64,000 nt of DNA from Octopus vulgaris. Taxonomy: Eukaryota. The notes beneath the pieces are model-generated. The model was not told where the DNA came from, did no database searches, and saw only the letters and a list, made by a program, of their open reading frames with translations. The DNA lies in contig OX597822.1 in assembly GCA_951406725.2 (NCBI GenBank), positions 19,220,001 through 19,284,000 on the forward strand. Direction: 5' to 3'. Both the position numbers and the translations under genes were made by a program. Shown piece by piece: positions 23,582 through 36,744 of the stretch (positions are counted from its first letter, which is position 1; each line of letters starts with the position of its first letter).

Positions 23582-26574
23582 CTAGAAATAATTGAAATTC
23601 AAAATGTAAATTAATAACGAAATTCACTATTTATTTATAAACCAAATAATTTTTGAAAAGTATAAAAATTAATCTACATTAAGACTAAGTTAATAATTTT
23701 GCAAAACAACAAAAGCAAAAAGAATGTTAAAGTTTTTTATTAATATATTTCTAAGACAAACACATGGTTCTTTATCCTTTAATTTTTTAAATAATAATTA
23801 TGAACAAATCAACAAACTTTATTTGTCTATATATATTAAACCTTTTGATCCAAAACAGCCCATGGTTCATTGAAGCAAAATTCATATTTTTAAAATTATC
23901 CAAATCAAAACCATCAAAATTTCCTGTTAATTTGTTCCTAACACCAGCTTACTAATTAATGATAAAGTTATTTCACTAAATTCTTCACTATTTTCAAAAT
24001 TGAGACAAAAGCAGTGCAGTTCAAAAGAAAATAGCTACAGTAGGATTAAACTGGTATTTGGAACTCAATTTGACCATTTACCCACTGAAATATGTTATAG
24101 GTCAGGTGATACAATTTCAGTTAAGATTTGAATTTATATTTGAAACATTTTTTGTAAGAGTGGTGTCAGGCAATTTAATGAAGTCAATGTATCATAAAAC
24201 TAAGCACATTTCAGTATGTGTGTGTACATGCAAACACCCAATGACTTAATCACTGCAGTACACAAACACACAATTTGTCCTTATTTTCTTGTCTGCAGAT
24301 TTATTATATTGCAGCTCTCTTCCCCTCTTGTACTGCCATTTATCACTTTCTCTTTCTTTGACCCACTCCTATTTCTTCCACCTTCCCTTCCATGCTGATA
24401 TTTACCACCAAACACACATCCACCTGTCATTCCCCACTTACACTAATGAACTCATTGACCCATCCTTCCTGATCATTAGTCATTCTCTGTATCATCAGTC
24501 TACTTTCCAGCTACTCCCACCCACCCTCATATAATGTAGGGTAGCCATGTATCTCAGACTGTATCAAGACTGTGCCTTTCCCATTATCATACTTTAGCAT
24601 AAAAGCACATCTCCCTCTCAACCCAACTCAGTCAGGGATCCTTTTCTTTGCCTTGTGAATTGAAACATCATCATTGTTGTCATTTAAAAAAAATTAAAGA
24701 AGTACCCAGACACTTTATAAAGTGGAGGCATTAAGAAGGGTATCCAGCCATAGAAAAAATACCAAAACAAGACATTGGAACTCAACAGGCTCATTGGATT
24801 CTGTCAAACTGTTCAACTCATACCAACATAGTAGATGGATGTTAAATGATGATAGCTACTGACAATTATGACCTAATAATAAGAACTGAACCAAACATGG
24901 AAGCTTCATGATGGTTGCTCAAAAAACTAGAAATAACAGTCAATTTTCACTCAAACCACCCCCTACTATCTTGAAAAAGAAAGAATACATTGAAAAATAT
25001 ATTCCTTGATATGCAGTGTTTGAAAAGAGACTGTTTCAGCTGGAATCAATTTGATCCTAGGTCTCCTCAGAGATGGCTGTCCTGGGCTCAATTTATAAAC
25101 AAAGTTAATGCAAACACAAGACCTTAAATTTAAATGAGAAAGGAAATTAAATTTATGATGTTTGTACCTTTGCCAAGCATAGCATTTCAGATGAACTGAA
25201 ATTCTTCATCATCATTTTACATCTGCTTTTAATGCTGGCATGGATTGGAAAGATCATTTCTGCTTTTCTAGATAGGTCAGGGAACCATGTCTTAGGTAAG
25301 TTTCATTTTTAGCCTGATTTTTACAGCTAGATGCTCTTCCTAATATCAGCCACTGAATGTACTGAGTGCATTTTATCATGGTACAAGCTCTAAGACAAAT
25401 AACCAGGGGTGGATAAATAGGGTGAATGATAATACCAAATGCCCAGTGGAGAACATACGTAGAGAATCTTTTCTACTCTAGGTACAAGGCCCAAAATTTG
25501 GGGGGAGGTGGAGCAGTTGATTAGATTGGCCCAGTACGCAACTGGTACTTAAATTATCGACCCTGAAAGGATGATAGGCAAAGTTGAACTCGGCGGAATT
25601 TTAACTCAGAACGTAAAGATAAATGAAATACCTATTTCTTTACTACCCGCAAGGGGCTAAACACAGAGGAGACAAACAGATTAAGTCGATTACATCGATA
25701 CCAGTGCGTAACTGATACTTATTTAATCGACCCCGAAAGGATGAAAGACAAAGTCGACCTCGGCAGAATTTGAACTTAGAACATAAAGACAGACGAAATA
25801 CCGCTAAGCATTTCGCCAGCTCGCTGCCTTGCATAAGTAGAGAATCTGCTTCAACAAATTCCATCTGACCCATGTTTGCATGGAAAAGTAAGCATTAAAA
25901 CAATGATGGTGATAAGAGTTAGGCGATAAAAATAACAGAGGGAGAGAGACGGTACTCAAAAAACGAGAGAGGCAGTTAGGTCCTGTGACATCTTTAGTTA
26001 TACTGGAGGCAATGTATGGCGAGCTAAAGAGATTCAGTACTATCTTTGGTTACACTAGCAGCACAGTATAAGAGGGTGAAAAGAGGAGAGTGATAAAGAA
26101 ATGAGCAATAAGAGCATGAGTGCTGGAGGCATGGGTGCTAGAAGCATGAGTGATAAGAAGGGAGTGATAGATGTGTTAAAAGGGATGAGAGGCTATTGTG
26201 GAGGCCAAAAATATTTCTTTGAGTATAGTTTGAAGTTTAAAACTTTTTGTACAGTTAGTACTTTGTTGTATTTTAATAACAAATAGAAAAAGTGAAGTTG
26301 ACTCTTGTCTAGTGCACTTTTACAACTCAGAGCTGAAATTACCCACTAAAACTATGTTCATACAAATCAAATAAAAAAAAATCTTAAAGATGTAAAATAA
26401 AGTATTCTAGAAGTGATGTCAACAAGATACACCAACTCTGATATGTACCAACCTGACTGAAAACAGAAGGTACTTTCCACTTCACAGTTGAACTACTTTG
26501 TGTTACCAAATGCACTCAGCTGTGAAACTAATAACATCCAACAACTGAAGCAGATCTGTAAAAATATTTAACTT

Positions 26575-27001
26575 CTGACTTGGCAGACACCCATAAAATT
26601 ATTAACCATCTTACAAACAGTAACTCTGAGCACCTTTTCAAACTCCACCTGTCTAACATCCGTGGACATGTTTACAAAGTCAGAAAACTGCACAGCTTCC
26701 ATGACTTTCGGAAACATTTTTTCACGCTAAGAGCTGCTGAAGCATGGAACAAACTGCAGACATCAGTTGTTAGTTGACGGAGCACTGCATCCTTCAAAAC
26801 TTCCATGCTTCCTGAGATTCGCCAACACTAAACCTGATTTTCTCCCCTCCATACACACGCAAGCATGTATCTGACTCATACACTGTTCGCTTTCCAGACA
26901 TTTGTACATTACTGCATATGCTTTATACGTACTTTTGACAAGTTGTGGTGCACCTGAGCACTGTACACAATAATTTCATTATTATTATTATTATTATTAT
27001 T
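26575..27001 (+). mobile_element. CR1-like LINE 3' fragment
   Basis: ORF 26580-26777 (RGHVYKV...RKHFFTLRAAEAWNKL) is the typical CR1 ORF2 C-terminus; it ends in an (ATT)n tail. Confidence 0.85.
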
Positions 27002-27182
27002 TTCATGTTAGCACGGAAATAGGTTTAACAATTTTCCCAATATCTTTGCAGTAGTATTTTTGGAATTTATGCAGAATTTGATAATTACATGTCTTTGTTT
27101 CTCATTAGAGAGGTCATGCAATTGACACCTCAGCACAGATTAAGGAAAATATTAACATTACAAGAAACATTTCAATACTAAC

Positions 27183-27248
27183 CTCAATCATTTTGCCTAT
27201 ATTGACAATGTGTGGGGAAGATTCACTAACGGAAGTATCCAACTCTAT
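27183..27248 (-). CDS. CAPZB: CapZ-beta coding exon 7 (66 nt)
   Basis: cttgcag|IELDTSVSESSPHIVNIGKMIE|gttagt; equivalent to the vertebrate [22 protein letters not shown] segment. Confidence 0.95.
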
Positions 27249-28959
27249 CTGCAAGTAAAGAAACAAAAGTGGTTTAGGTTGTTGTTGTTGTTATTATTAT
27301 TATTATTATTGCTACTGCTGCTGAAGTCGACTTTACCTTTCATCCTTTTGGGGTCGATACCAGTCAAGCACAGGTGACAATGTAAACAGCTTACCCTTCC
27401 CCCCGAAACTGCTGGCCTTGTGCCAAACTTTGAAATTATTATCATCATTACTATTATTATAGCAGCAAGCTGGTAAAATCATCAATGCATCAGACAAATA
27501 ACATTTCTTCCAGCTCTTTACATCCTGAGCTCAAATCCTGCTGAGGTCAACTTGGTCTTTCATTCTTTCTTGATATAATATAGCACCATTTAAGTACTGT
27601 AGTCAATATAATCAACTTACTGCCTCCCCTTGAAAAGGTCAGCAAGTTTAAATGTTTGAAGTGGGAGGAGTGGTGGGAGACAGCCCATGACAGTAGTCAG
27701 TGGTGGCAGTAATGCAAAAGCTTTTGTCTGCCTTGAAAATTTTGCTTACCAAGGCACATTAACTACTACCAACTGTCATCATTACCATCAACAGCATGGT
27801 GATTGTGACTCCTATGCCAGCTGCCTGTAATTCTAAGAACATAGGTTTCACCAACATAGCACAAGACAAGACAACAGCATGTCATGGATCATACAGGAAT
27901 CTCACAACAAGGAAGCTTTCCAATGATAACAAATCATGTATTGCAGCTCTGAACATGGCTACACAGCTGCAAGAGATTGTAGAGGAAAAGTAGAAGCAAC
28001 AAAGCCTACCATCAGAGCTATAGTCTTCCAGTAAAATTCAAATGCACATATGAGAAATCATACCTCATGCTTTCCCACCAGACATCTCTGATTCTGAGAC
28101 TACATCATGCAACAAGGTAAATTACTTGCTCCAAGAAGTATTTCTTGAGATGAAGAAAAATAAAATAGTACTCCTCCTCATACAAAAGGGCCAGCATAAA
28201 CTGTAAGCTAACAGTCAGATAGAGAGAGCCGCAGAGATCATCTCAATGAACGATACACCCCACCACAACAGCTAAACCACAACCACACCACCAAAAGAAT
28301 GACAACCAAACACAAAAAACATCATTTATTAACTTCAACTTTATGAAGACAATGAATAATACTTTTGGAGGAGGCCTTTCAAGAAGACTAAATTCTTATT
28401 CTCCAACCGTAAAATTACTTCTTACTCTTTCCATTTTCTAACTAACATGGCTACACTCAGAGTAGGATGTATGAAAGTACATAAAATGGGATTGGCTTTG
28501 AAACACTTGTTCAGTGAACTCAGGTCACTAGACAGATATGGTAGCCAGACTAGCATTTCCAGGAAACACAAACACGCATACATCCCCATCTTCAGCTGTG
28601 AGATATGTGCATCTTGTGGTTGACTCGGAATGAGCAGCAATGTGGCAGTATTACACTGGAAAAGTTTGAATCTCAGTGCATGGATGAGGAACTTGGACCT
28701 AGATGGTAAATTAAGAGCTGATCATGAATAGCAGGCCTTCAGACTAGTGGCTGTCTTTACTCTGAATGGAACAGGGCAGCAAGATTTCTTTAGGCATCTC
28801 TAAGTGTTCTTGGGAATGTCCTGCTCCCTAGTATTCATGTGAGACTGCAACAAATCTGAGACACATACTGAGATTGTGAGGGGTTAGCCAGTAGGATAGA
28901 GAAGTGTAGAAGCCTTGTAAGCCTACTCAAATATTTACCACAATCTGATAAGTTCATTC

Positions 28960-29365
28960 TGTGTGTGTGTGTGCTAGAGTATGTGTGAGAGTGTGCAAGT
29001 GTTAGTGTGCACGAGTATGTGTGAGTGTTAGTGTGTTAGAGAGTGCATATATGTGAGTGTTAGAGAGTGCGGGAGTATGTGTGAATGTTAGAGAGTGCGG
29101 GAGTATGTGTGAGCATGCGAGTGCTAAAGAGTTTGTCAGTATGCATGAATGTGCAAGTGTAAGAGTGTGCGAATGTTAGTGTGCAAGTGTTAGTGCATGA
29201 GTGTGCAAATGTTTGAGTGCATGAGTGTTAGAGTGTGTGCAGGTATGTGAGTGCCTGAGTGAGTATGCGAGTTGTGTTCGAGTTTTAGTGTGTGAGTTGT
29301 GTTCGAGTTTTAGTGTGAGTGTGTGTGCATGTGAGCAAGTGTGTGAGTGAGTGAGTGAGTGTGTT
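28960..29365. repeat. Degenerate (GT/GAGT)-rich minisatellite
   Basis: Repeated GAGTGTTAG / GTGTGC / GAGTATGTGT motifs. Confidence 0.85.
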
Positions 29366-30212
29366 TACATTTGCACTCTACAAAGGTCAAGAGCTACAAA
29401 CATTGTTGTCATTTTTCCTGTCAACAAACCATCCATTGACTGCACCCTTGAAGACAGCAACAGGATGGACATTCAGTTGCACTATCACGCCTCGATATGT
29501 CAAACCCATTCTTGTATTGAAAAATGGACATAAAAACAAACATCCATAACAACCCCTTCACCTCTTGGATTAATTTTTCCAAGTCAATCAAAGAACTTCC
29601 ATGTGGTCACTCAACCACCAAAAAATAGCAACCTAATAGCCCTCAAATCACTGCTTTATCAGCACAACTGTGCCCACATCTTCAGGAGCTGAGTGGCTGA
29701 AAAACAAGTTTGCAAATGACAAAGATGGGGTGATAACATCAAGGACTGGATTGGAAGGACCCTGGCAAAGTATACAGTTGCAACAAGGGGTAGCAGTGTG
29801 TGGCAAGGTTTGGTGGTTGTGTCTGAGGCCCATGATCTTCAGTCATGAGGACATAACCAATCAATGAAATTGCTGTCTAAAAAAAAATGGGCACACTGAA
29901 TAATGTGACCCTGAATTCCCTGTGCATAAAAAATGGTTTAGTCATGAATGAACAGCCTTTTAATCATAGGTCCACCCAACATTTTTTTCTGATTCCATAC
30001 TATTTCAGTTGTTATAACTATACTAAACTATCTCTCCTCCTTCACTGGAACTACATCATTCAGCCTGTTTCCTATCCAACTTCTAAACTGAAAACAATTC
30101 AAATTGAGAAGTAACTGCTTAGCCTCACTCATTCATCCTTAATCTCTGCTCCTACCCTTCCATTCCAGAGGAACTTGAAAAATTTTAGACTAATTAGAAG
30201 AAATACCATTAC

Positions 30213-30329
30213 CTGTCTTGTAAGGCTGCCACCTAAGTTCATTGTTCCAGAACTTTCCTTTGTAGTCAACAACCACAACATCACTGTAGAAGTTAACTTA
30301 TAATGTGCTGTCTTCCCACTTGATTTTTC
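30213..30329 (-). CDS. CAPZB: CapZ-beta coding exon 6 (117 nt)
   Basis: ttgtag|[39 protein letters not shown]|gtaatg. Confidence 0.97.
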
Positions 30330-30776
30330 CTACAAGATCATGGCAATAAAAGAAAATTAATAGAGATAAGTTGTCAAATCAAAGTTAACATATGAAATTG
30401 CACAAACAATGCAAAATAAGACAAAAACGGACATTAGCTCATATTTTACAATTATATCTAAATTATTCTGTATCACTGTCTATTTAAATTATTTGAAGTG
30501 AGAAAATTGCTTTTACAATGAATATTGATATATGCATATGGAACTGATATTTAAATAGTTTGAAATATCTGCCCCCCCCCCCCACACACACACAGGGTAT
30601 TGAAATAATTAGTTCTGTTTTAACCATTGAATCAAAGTAGGAACAGAACATGCTTTCTCTTTAATCAGGAATGTTGGATGATGCAGTTACATTCCTTTCT
30701 CACAGGAACACAAGGACTGTACAAAGATCAGAGGTTTATGTCTGTTGTTGTATGCAGGTCATTTCTCACTCATTCG

Positions 30777-30827
<51 letters not shown>

Positions 30828-31273
30828 GAATTGTGAAAAAAAGAAAGAGTGGTGAGAGAAGTAATGTTTCCAGTCTGTAATATCTAGCAAGTTTACTGGA
30901 ATTCTTTTATTCTTTTACTTGTTTCAGTCATTTGACTGCAGCCATGCTGGAGCACTGCCTTGAAAAATTGACCCCAAGACTTTTTTTTAAAGCCTAGTAC
31001 TTATTCTATCAGGCTCTTTTGCTGAACCACTAAGTTACAGGGATGTAACCACACTAGCACCAGTTGTCAAGCAGTGAAGGACACAGACACACACACACAT
31101 TATATATATATATATATATATATATATTACGGAGATGTACTCGCATAGCAAGTAATTTGATCTGAGATCGTGTGCTGAAACGAAAACAATTGCAGCGTGG
31201 AAGGTGTTTATAAGCCATTTAAGAAACACACAAAAGCCGTTCGATTCACTTCAACATTTAAGTTTAAGTTTAA

Positions 31274-31323
31274 TTTGTCAAAATATTTTCGTCGCTAAAA
31301 TCCGCGACCTGTTCACTGACAAA
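31274..31323 (-). ncRNA. Non-canonical minimal type I hammerhead ribozyme motif (G3-C8 variant), left-arm copy
   Basis: Exact reverse complement of 32949-32998; same sense as the CAPZB pre-mRNA. Confidence 0.6.
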
Positions 31324-32948
31324 GTCCGTGCTGCATCTAAGAAAGTAACAGTTAGTTCGTCATATATATGTACGTGTGTATGTGTGTATGTATGCATACA
31401 TGTGTGTATGTATGTACATATGCATGTACGTACATACGCCTGTGTATGCATGTATGTATGTATTTATGTATGTGTGTGTATATGCACGCACATACACTCT
31501 ATAAAACATAAAGCTAAAACCTGTAGCGATGGATGGATGTAGAGTGACCACTCATCACAAAGCTATCAAATTTCAACTTCCTACAGCCGAAGCTAGAAAG
31601 TGATTTATGACGCTTACTCCCAAAACTATACCCTAAAATCTATTATCAGATCTTTATCTCTATATCACAGAACTAATGTTTTACTATTGTGCGTATGTAT
31701 GTATGTATGTATGTGCGTATGTATGTATGTATGTGTGTATGTACATACGTACGCATGTGCGTATGTATGTATACGCGCTCGTATGCATGGGCCCATGTAT
31801 GTGTGTGCGTACATGTACGTAGGTATGTATGTTTGTATTCATGTGCTACGTATGTATGTGAGTGTCTAGGAGAATGGGCAGACGTGTCAGTGTGTACATG
31901 TGTATGTGTATGTGAATGTATGTCCGTGTACTGGCGTATGTCCGTGTACTGGCATGTGTCCAAACAGCTTCTGTGACCTGTTTGTATACAAGAATACAAA
32001 CCTACTCTCAACCAAAAGTCCGAATGGAGTAACATCCAGATCCCATTCAGAAGGACTATTCTATAACCACCCCTCTCTCTCTCTCCCTTTTGTGGTTGCA
32101 GTGCGTATGTGCAGTTATATACAACGGTATAAACGGACGTTGTTTGATACGTACAGTTGCACTTGGGCGTTGTATCCATTCACGGTTAGACGATGCTGAG
32201 AGGAACAAACACACACCCACACATATATATATATATGTATGTGTGTGCGTCTATACAAACATATATGTGAATATGTATACAACCTTCAGCAAAGTAACAG
32301 TCATGTACACAACTTGGACGGACACATGCCAGTACACGGAAATACGTTCACATACACATACACATGTACACACTGACACGTCTGCCCATTCTCCTAGACA
32401 CTCACATACATACGTAGCACATGAATACAAACATACATACATACCTACGTACATGTACGCACACACATACATGGGCACATGCATACGAGCGCGTATACAT
32501 ACATACGCACATGCGTACGTATGTACATACACACACACATACATACATACATACATACATACATACGCACATACATACATACGCACAATAGTAAAACATT
32601 AGTTCTGTGATATAGAGATAAAGATCTGATAATAGATTTTAGGGTATAGTTTTGGGAGTAAGCGTCATAAATCACTTTCTAGCTTCGGCTGTAGGAAGTT
32701 GAAATTTGATAGCTTTGTGATGAGTGGTCACTCTACATCCATCCATCGCTACAGGTTTATAGCTTTATGTTTTATAGAGTGTATGTGCGTGCATATACAC
32801 ACACATACATAAATACATACATGCATACACAGGCGTATGTACGTACATGCATACGTACATACATACACACATGTATGCATACATACACACATACACACGT
32901 ACATATATATGACGAACTAACTGTTACTTTCTTAGATGCAGCACGGAC

Positions 32949-32998
32949 TTTGTCAGTGAACAGGTCGCGGATTTTAGCGACGAAAATATTTTGACAAA
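32949..32998 (+). ncRNA. Non-canonical minimal type I hammerhead ribozyme motif (G3-C8 variant), right-arm copy
   Basis: TTTGTCA-GTGAACA-G-GTCGC[GGATTTTA]GCGAC-GAA-AATATT-T-TGACAAA: 7 bp stem I, 5 bp stem II, palindromic stem III. Confidence 0.6.
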
Positions 32999-33079
32999 TT
33001 AAACTTAAATGTTGAAGTGAATCGAACGGCTTTTGTGTGTTTCTTAAATGGCTTATAAACACCTTCCACACTGCAATTG

Positions 33080-33116
<37 letters not shown>

Positions 33117-34780
33117 CATACACACTTCTTTCAGTTTTTGTCTACTAAATCCACTTACAAGGCTTTGGTTGGCCTGAGGCTATAGTAGAAGACACTTGCC
33201 CAAGGCACTACACAGCCACGCCTCCACCTATAGTAATGTAGTAATAGTATCCATAATCACCAATAAGCCTTCCTAATTTTAGCACAAGGCCAGCAGCAAT
33301 TTTATAAGTGGGGAAATTGATTATATCAACTCCAGTACTTGACTGGTATTTTACTTTCAGACAAAAAAAAAAGGCTGCTTAACATTTTATACAACATAAA
33401 AATGATTCTGTCAGTTTGCTACCCGAATAATAATGACAATAATAATCATATTGGTTTCAAATTTTGAAACAAAACCAACAATTCAAGGAAGTGGGTAAGT
33501 CAATTACATCAACCCCAGTGCTCAACTGGTACAATGTCGACCTCAGTGGAATTTGAACTCAGGACATACAGACGAGATGTCACTAAGCATTTTGCCGTGC
33601 ATGCTTACAATTCTGCCAGCTCACCACTTTAATGATAATAATGCTATTGCATATCTTGAGAAACAGACATTTCCCCAGTAAAAAAACTCAACTGTGAATA
33701 TATTCAGCCTGCCTGTTCAGAGTTGCTAAATATAACTGAAGTTTTAATTTCTAAACATTTTACATGTTATTTTGCTCATATAATGACCTTTCTGTTTCAA
33801 AAATTACCTACAAAATTGCAACAGTCTCATAATTCCATAATATACTAATTTATTCTGTCAATCTAGTAACTGAAAAATAAATAGGTTTTTTAAAAAAAGA
33901 ATTTGAACCTCTTACTTCACAAAGGAACACTGATACAAAAGAGGCTCTGGAATGATTGTATATGATGGTAGAAAAATACAATCAATATACAGACAATACT
34001 AACTCTACTGATTATATAAAGTTATACTACAAATAGGCCCCCAAAACAAAGAATATAAAAAAAAAAAAAACAAAAAGTATGAAGAACCACAAGTCAGAGA
34101 GAGAAACATTGTTTCTGTAATCTTTATATATTAAAGCACAAAATCAGCTCTCATGATGAAACATTACAGTTCATTTTTTCATGACATGTAAAAGTTCACA
34201 ATAGAATATTAAGTTATTTTCAAACACATTCAAACAAGAAAAGCTTTATAAGTATTAAATAAATATTCTAAGAATATAGTATTTTGGTTTATTTTAGTAC
34301 TGGTTTACTAATTTTCATGATAATTCCTGATATAATTTCAGAACACAATCAAGAAATATTTGAACAAATAAAATATAGAAAAATCGACACTGACCACTTG
34401 GAATGTCTTCTACATAAAACTTGACAAATTCCTACAAATCCTTTCTTTCTAACCCTTCCTTTAGGAAAGGCTGGAAGGAAACCATTATTGCTATATCATA
34501 TACATGTGCTATTGCTGGTGTCACGGAAAAAAAAAAAGGGGGGATATACACTCTGAATTGGTTGGTGTGAGGGCATCAAAGTGTAGAAACCAAACAAGAA
34601 ATGAAACCCTATCAAGAAGGGGTTAAAGAGAGTAGTACCCATCTATTTATACAGACCCTGACTATAATGACTGATCCAACCCATGCCAGCATGGAAAGTG
34701 GACAAAACAAGGATACATATACACACTCACACCAAAAAATAATTTAATAAATGAACTAAAGCTTATAATAGTCTATATCA

Positions 34781-34969
<189 letters not shown>

Positions 34970-36568
34970 TTATAATCAAGAAAAGATGTTTAAGTATATA
35001 CTGAGGTGTGAATGGAATTTTATTGAATGTATTTGCAGATTACAGGTACAGTCATTTCTGCGTAGTTAAAAAATTTGCTTCTTATGGTTTTGGGTTCAGC
35101 ACCACTGCGTTATACCTTGGAAAGATATCTTCTACTGTAGCCCCAGGCTAACCAAAACCTTGTGACTAGAGTTGATCAACAGAAACTGAAAGAAGCCCAT
35201 CATGTGTATATAAATGTATGTGTAACTGTGTGTGTGCACACATGCGCACGCATGTATGTATGTACACATGTCTCCTTATATTGTCATCGCAAGATAACTG
35301 TAAATGAATGCCACTATCACACAAACAGTGTCATTCATTTCCAATTTTCTGAGAAAACATGCTTGGCCATGAGGAAATTTCATCCATGCAAACACAAAGT
35401 GAAAGTTGAAACAATTATGATTTCTGCCTATAAGCAAGGGTTGATATGAACAAAATAACTTTTCCTGGTTATGTTCCTCTACATCCGAGTCAACTTTGCT
35501 TTCTCACTTACAAGGCCAGTAAAATAAGTACTACTTGATTGAAAACCTTTCTAAACAGTAGTTGCAGTACAGTTGCTGTTCTCTAAACCAGTAAAACAAT
35601 AAGATAAGTGAAATAATCAGCAGCCTTATAAACATGTCAGAGGAAAATAACTTGGCTGGTGAAAAGAGGACACAAAATAAGAGAATTTGAACTTTAAAAA
35701 TTGAAATTCTTACAAGAGATATGAAGGAAAACACAAGACATGATAGATATAGAAATATTGAAGACTCATTGTTGTTTTATCAATTGATTGAGAACCAAAT
35801 AAGTTTAAATCAATTCTAAACACTTTCAATCTGAATATATTTTCTCAGGATTCAGCTAGTTGTTATTTCAGTCAACCCTGATTGAGTAGACTTATGATTA
35901 AGAGCAATCTATTTGTGACCATTTCAAATTTTTAAGACTAACTAGGTCCATCTTAATGAATGCGTTTCTTTCATAAGTTAGAGCAAAATCTAAAGAATTG
36001 GCAGTTATTTCTAGTAGATGAGTTTACAACAGAGTCGCCTTCACATTGGTTTAGGCAGATGAAACTACTGAAATGCAATTACTAACTCTACACCACATTA
36101 ATTGTTGTAGGAAGTAACAGGAAAAGAAACTAAGCCAAGGTCAACTATGCACCAAGCCTTTCTCTGTTGAAAGATTTATGCTGAAACAGTGTTGCCAATG
36201 TAAGAATGTCCAAGAACATAGACTTCATTGTTAGTAAGAATGTGGCAGTAAATTACAAGATACAACTAGTCCCTAAATAAGTCTTAGTAAAAATATAAAA
36301 ACGTTAAGAAGCTTTTCGTTAAACATTTGAGTTCTAGGCTTGGATATCCAATGTTCTCACGTACACATCTACAGAAGAAGTAATTTTATTTATAGTGTTT
36401 CCAAAAACTTAGACAATAATGCCAAGACATTCGAGAATGAAGTAGAATGTGTTTTTCTTTATCTTTCAATAGCTTCCTCTTCTCCATTCTCAAAATTATA
36501 CCAAACAAATTATATATATTGAATAAAATCTTACTCTGTTGTGAAATCAGCATGTAAAAAATAAAATG

Positions 36569-36744
36569 AACCATTTAGCATTCAGAATACTCTCTCAAAT
36601 GTAATGCTTGTTTATTCATATTGTTTTGAATTAATCAGGCATTATCTTGTAGCTTCAAAATCTTGATGTGACTATTTTTTACAATAACATTGTAGGGTAT
36701 GTATGAGAAGACAAATCTGGAGAGTTTAAATGCTGAAGGGTTAA
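36569..36744. mobile_element. TTAA-ended (piggyBac-type) MITE
   Basis: Termini AACCATTTAGCATT / AATGCTGAAGGGTTAA with a shared internal sequence. Relatives at ~13323-13532 and ~47410-47610. Confidence 0.6.

Larger units (their letters stand above)
31185..33081. repeat. Long inverted repeat: arms 31185-31961 and 32320-33081, 358 bp spacer; probably derived from a Penelope-like element
   Basis: The arms are reverse complements, as mirrored ORFs 31204+/32772- and 31600+/32445- show. Differences are mostly microsatellite length. Each arm carries a hammerhead-like motif near its outer end. Confidence 0.95.

Noticed and set aside
31204-33125. Many ORFs rich in C/V/Y/M or H/T/I
   Set aside because: They are translations of (TG)n and (TATG)n microsatellites within the inverted repeat.
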